A stretch of 24,194 nucleotides of DNA from contig JACAFS010000010.1 in assembly GCA_013378385.1 (NCBI GenBank), positions 1-24,194 on the forward strand, in the 5' to 3' direction. This DNA comes from Nitrososphaerota archaeon (lineage in GTDB: Archaea > Thermoproteota > Nitrososphaeria > Nitrososphaerales > UBA57). The notes beneath the pieces were generated by a model. That model was not told where the DNA came from and did no database searches. It worked only from the letters and a program-made list of their open reading frames with translations. Made by a program: the position numbers and the translations under genes. Of the stretch, positions 22,969 through 24,194 are shown one piece after another. Every line of letters begins with the position of its first letter. Within the stretch, counting starts at the first letter, position 1.

Positions 22969-23897
22969 TATACTAATTCTTTAAGCTCCCTTTTAATTGT
23001 TTCAAGGTCGTCAGATAGAGATTTATCAATTCGAGATGCTTTAATTAGTAAAAGATCTAATTTGTCTGCTTTTTCAGAAACACTTGAAGACAGATAAGAA
23101 CTAGAAGATCTAGTTCGGATAAATAATAAAGCAAATGCAATAGTTGTAATACCAAATATAACACTTGCAATAATAAATAATGTAGTTGTACTAGGTGGAG
23201 CAGGATAATCTGAGTCAGGAATGGTGTTAAGAAGTTTTATTGCATCGTCATATAATCCAAAAGTAGTAAGATATTCCGCTTCTGAAACTATTTCAAGAGC
23301 TAAAGAATTATATTTTCCTTCCATAGATATTGAATCTAGTTTTTCTAATTTAGATTGTAAAAGTGCATCATAAGAAATAATTGTTTGATCAGTAATCGTA
23401 TATGTGCGTTCGTCAAGAATTTCCATAGAATCAAGAGACATCACGAGTATAGGAACAAGTTCAAGAGCATGAACGGTTTTATCCATATCAACTACATCTT
23501 TTTCAGTTATTGATTCAGGAATTTTTCCATCTAAAGTAAATTGAGCAGTTCCTTCAACTGCTTGAAATACGATTGATTGAGAACCAGGAGTCCAGACAGA
23601 AGTATCAACGCCTTGGTAATTATTATTAAGAGTCCAAAAAGAATTTCCAGACTTTTCCATACTGGTTGTTAATAAAATATTATCAGATAATGTAGCACCA
23701 ATTTCTATTTCAAAATGTATAGTATAAGCGCCACCGGCAACAAGAAATTCATCAGTGACATCATTACCATTTGGATCAAGAACAGTGAAATTTGTCAGGA
23801 CAGCGGGTGCTTGAGAATAAGAGATAGGTAAAAGAATCGCTGAAAGAAATATAGAAATAATCAAAATACTGAATTTATAATTAGTCATTAAGTGCAT
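22968..23897 (-). CDS. Uncharacterised type-I membrane protein: cleavable signal peptide, approximately 200-aa extracellular beta-rich plus helical ectodomain, single TM, approximately 50-aa cytoplasmic helical tail
   Basis: 309 aa. The signal peptide is MHLMTNYKFSILIISIFLSAILLPISYSQA|PAV. A PAPPSTTT linker precedes the TM helix LFIIASVIFGITTIAFALLFI, followed by RTRSSSS (positive-inside). The tail contains ...KADKLDLLLIKASRIDKSLSDDLETIKRELKELV. Its stop TAG (22970-22968) overlaps the GTG start of the 900-aa gene (TAGTG). Confidence 0.7.
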   Translation of the reverse strand: MHLMTNYKFSILIISIFLSAILLPISYSQAPAVLTNFTVLDPNGNDVTDEFLVAGGAYTIHFEIEIGATLSDNILLTTSMEKSGNSFWTLNNNYQGVDTSVWTPGSQSIVFQAVEGTAQFTLDGKIPESITEKDVVDMDKTVHALELVPILVMSLDSMEILDERTYTITDQTIISYDALLQSKLEKLDSISMEGKYNSLALEIVSEAEYLTTFGLYDDAIKLLNTIPDSDYPAPPSTTTLFIIASVIFGITTIAFALLFIRTRSSSSYLSSSVSEKADKLDLLLIKASRIDKSLSDDLETIKRELKELV

Positions 23898-23966
23898 ATA
23901 GATATTATTAATTATTCAAATATATATATTCACTAAATTTTGAGCTAGGGAAAACTACTTTTTTTA
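23898..23966 (-). promoter_or_regulatory. Putative promoter of the 309-aa/900-aa/787-aa operon (TATA-like element)
   Basis: On the minus strand the sequence upstream of ATG(23897) is ...GTGAATATATATATTTGAATAATTAATAATATCTAT|ATG. The ATATATATATTT run (plus-strand 23918-23929) sits 21-32 nt upstream of the ATG. That is the position expected for an archaeal TATA box on a leaderless or very short-leader mRNA. Confidence 0.35.
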
Positions 23967-24194
23967 TTAATTAGAAGAAAATGCCTCGCTAATTGCAGAG
24001 TTTACATCATTGGCAATAAAAAAAGCGTCAGAGGCGATTTGAGATTTAGAATTAATCAATAAATCAACCACACCACCAGTATTCGCTAGAAGAATAACTT
24101 TTTTATTAAGATTCATAGCCATCGAAAGTTCAGACAGAGTGCCCCAACTTCCAGCAATTCCTATCACAACGTCAGCCATACTTACAACAAAGAA
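23967..24194 (-). CDS. LOG / TIGR00725-family Rossmann-fold protein (lysine-decarboxylase-like), C-terminal part; the 5' end lies beyond the window
   Basis: The frame is open upstream of the track's Met to the window edge (FFVVSMADVV...). ADVVIGIAGSWGTLSELSMAMNLNKKVILL matches the conserved aD.vIaigGG.GTLsEia.A...gKpVi.l segment of LOG/TIGR00725 proteins. Confidence 0.6.
   Translation of the reverse strand, partial: FFVVSMADVVIGIAGSWGTLSELSMAMNLNKKVILLANTGGVVDLLINSKSQIASDAFFIANDVNSAISEAFSSN

Noticed and set aside
15490-23897. Reading the cluster as the canonical FtsZ cell-division locus
   Set aside because: The intact-motif protein is 900 aa with a huge coiled-coil, whereas FtsZ and CetZ are about 350-400 aa. 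The second homolog lacks GTP-binding motifs. No SepF, Min or other division genes are adjacent.
15490-23897. Reading the cluster as a defence island or mobile element
   Set aside because: I could recognise no integrase, transposase, nuclease, helicase, methyltransferase, toxin-antitoxin or terminal repeat. The only tRNA is 15 kb away, and composition looks uniform with the flanking housekeeping genes.

Overview
This is an AT-rich, tightly packed archaeal chromosomal window. The archaeal assignment rests on a two-subunit 2-oxoacid:ferredoxin oxidoreductase, archaeal/eukaryal-type HisRS motifs, a tRNA without encoded CCA that has an apparent non-canonical intron, several TTG/GTG starts, and genes that overlap by 1-14 nt or share stop codons. 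A Nitrosopumilales-like (thaumarchaeal) origin is only my guess from composition and gene content. The left ~11 kb is housekeeping: a truncated secreted PPC-domain protein, tRNA-Ala(GGC), HIT hydrolase, acetolactate synthase large subunit, a lipA-E1beta-E2-lipB operon, OFOR alpha/beta, a TusA-like protein and HisRS. Next comes a 1471-aa multi-domain surface protein with a catalytically degenerate transglutaminase-like domain. The most interesting part is an ~8.4 kb cluster (15490-23897) of five uncharacterised genes. One is a 900-aa FtsZ/tubulin-superfamily protein with intact GTPase motifs and a ~500-aa coiled-coil extension. Its start is coupled to the stop of an upstream type-I membrane protein, and a 787-aa polytopic membrane protein lies downstream. 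A 326-aa protein with a PH/GRAM-like N-terminus and a 444-aa zinc-ribbon protein complete the cluster. The core of the 444-aa protein aligns to FtsZ, but its GTP-binding and T7 motifs are degenerate. I interpret the cluster as a candidate non-canonical, membrane-associated cytoskeletal or membrane-remodelling module. A truncated LOG/TIGR00725-like gene ends the window. I saw no rRNA, CRISPR array, transposase, integrase or obvious defence gene. All homology calls are by-eye motif recognition, since no searches could be run.
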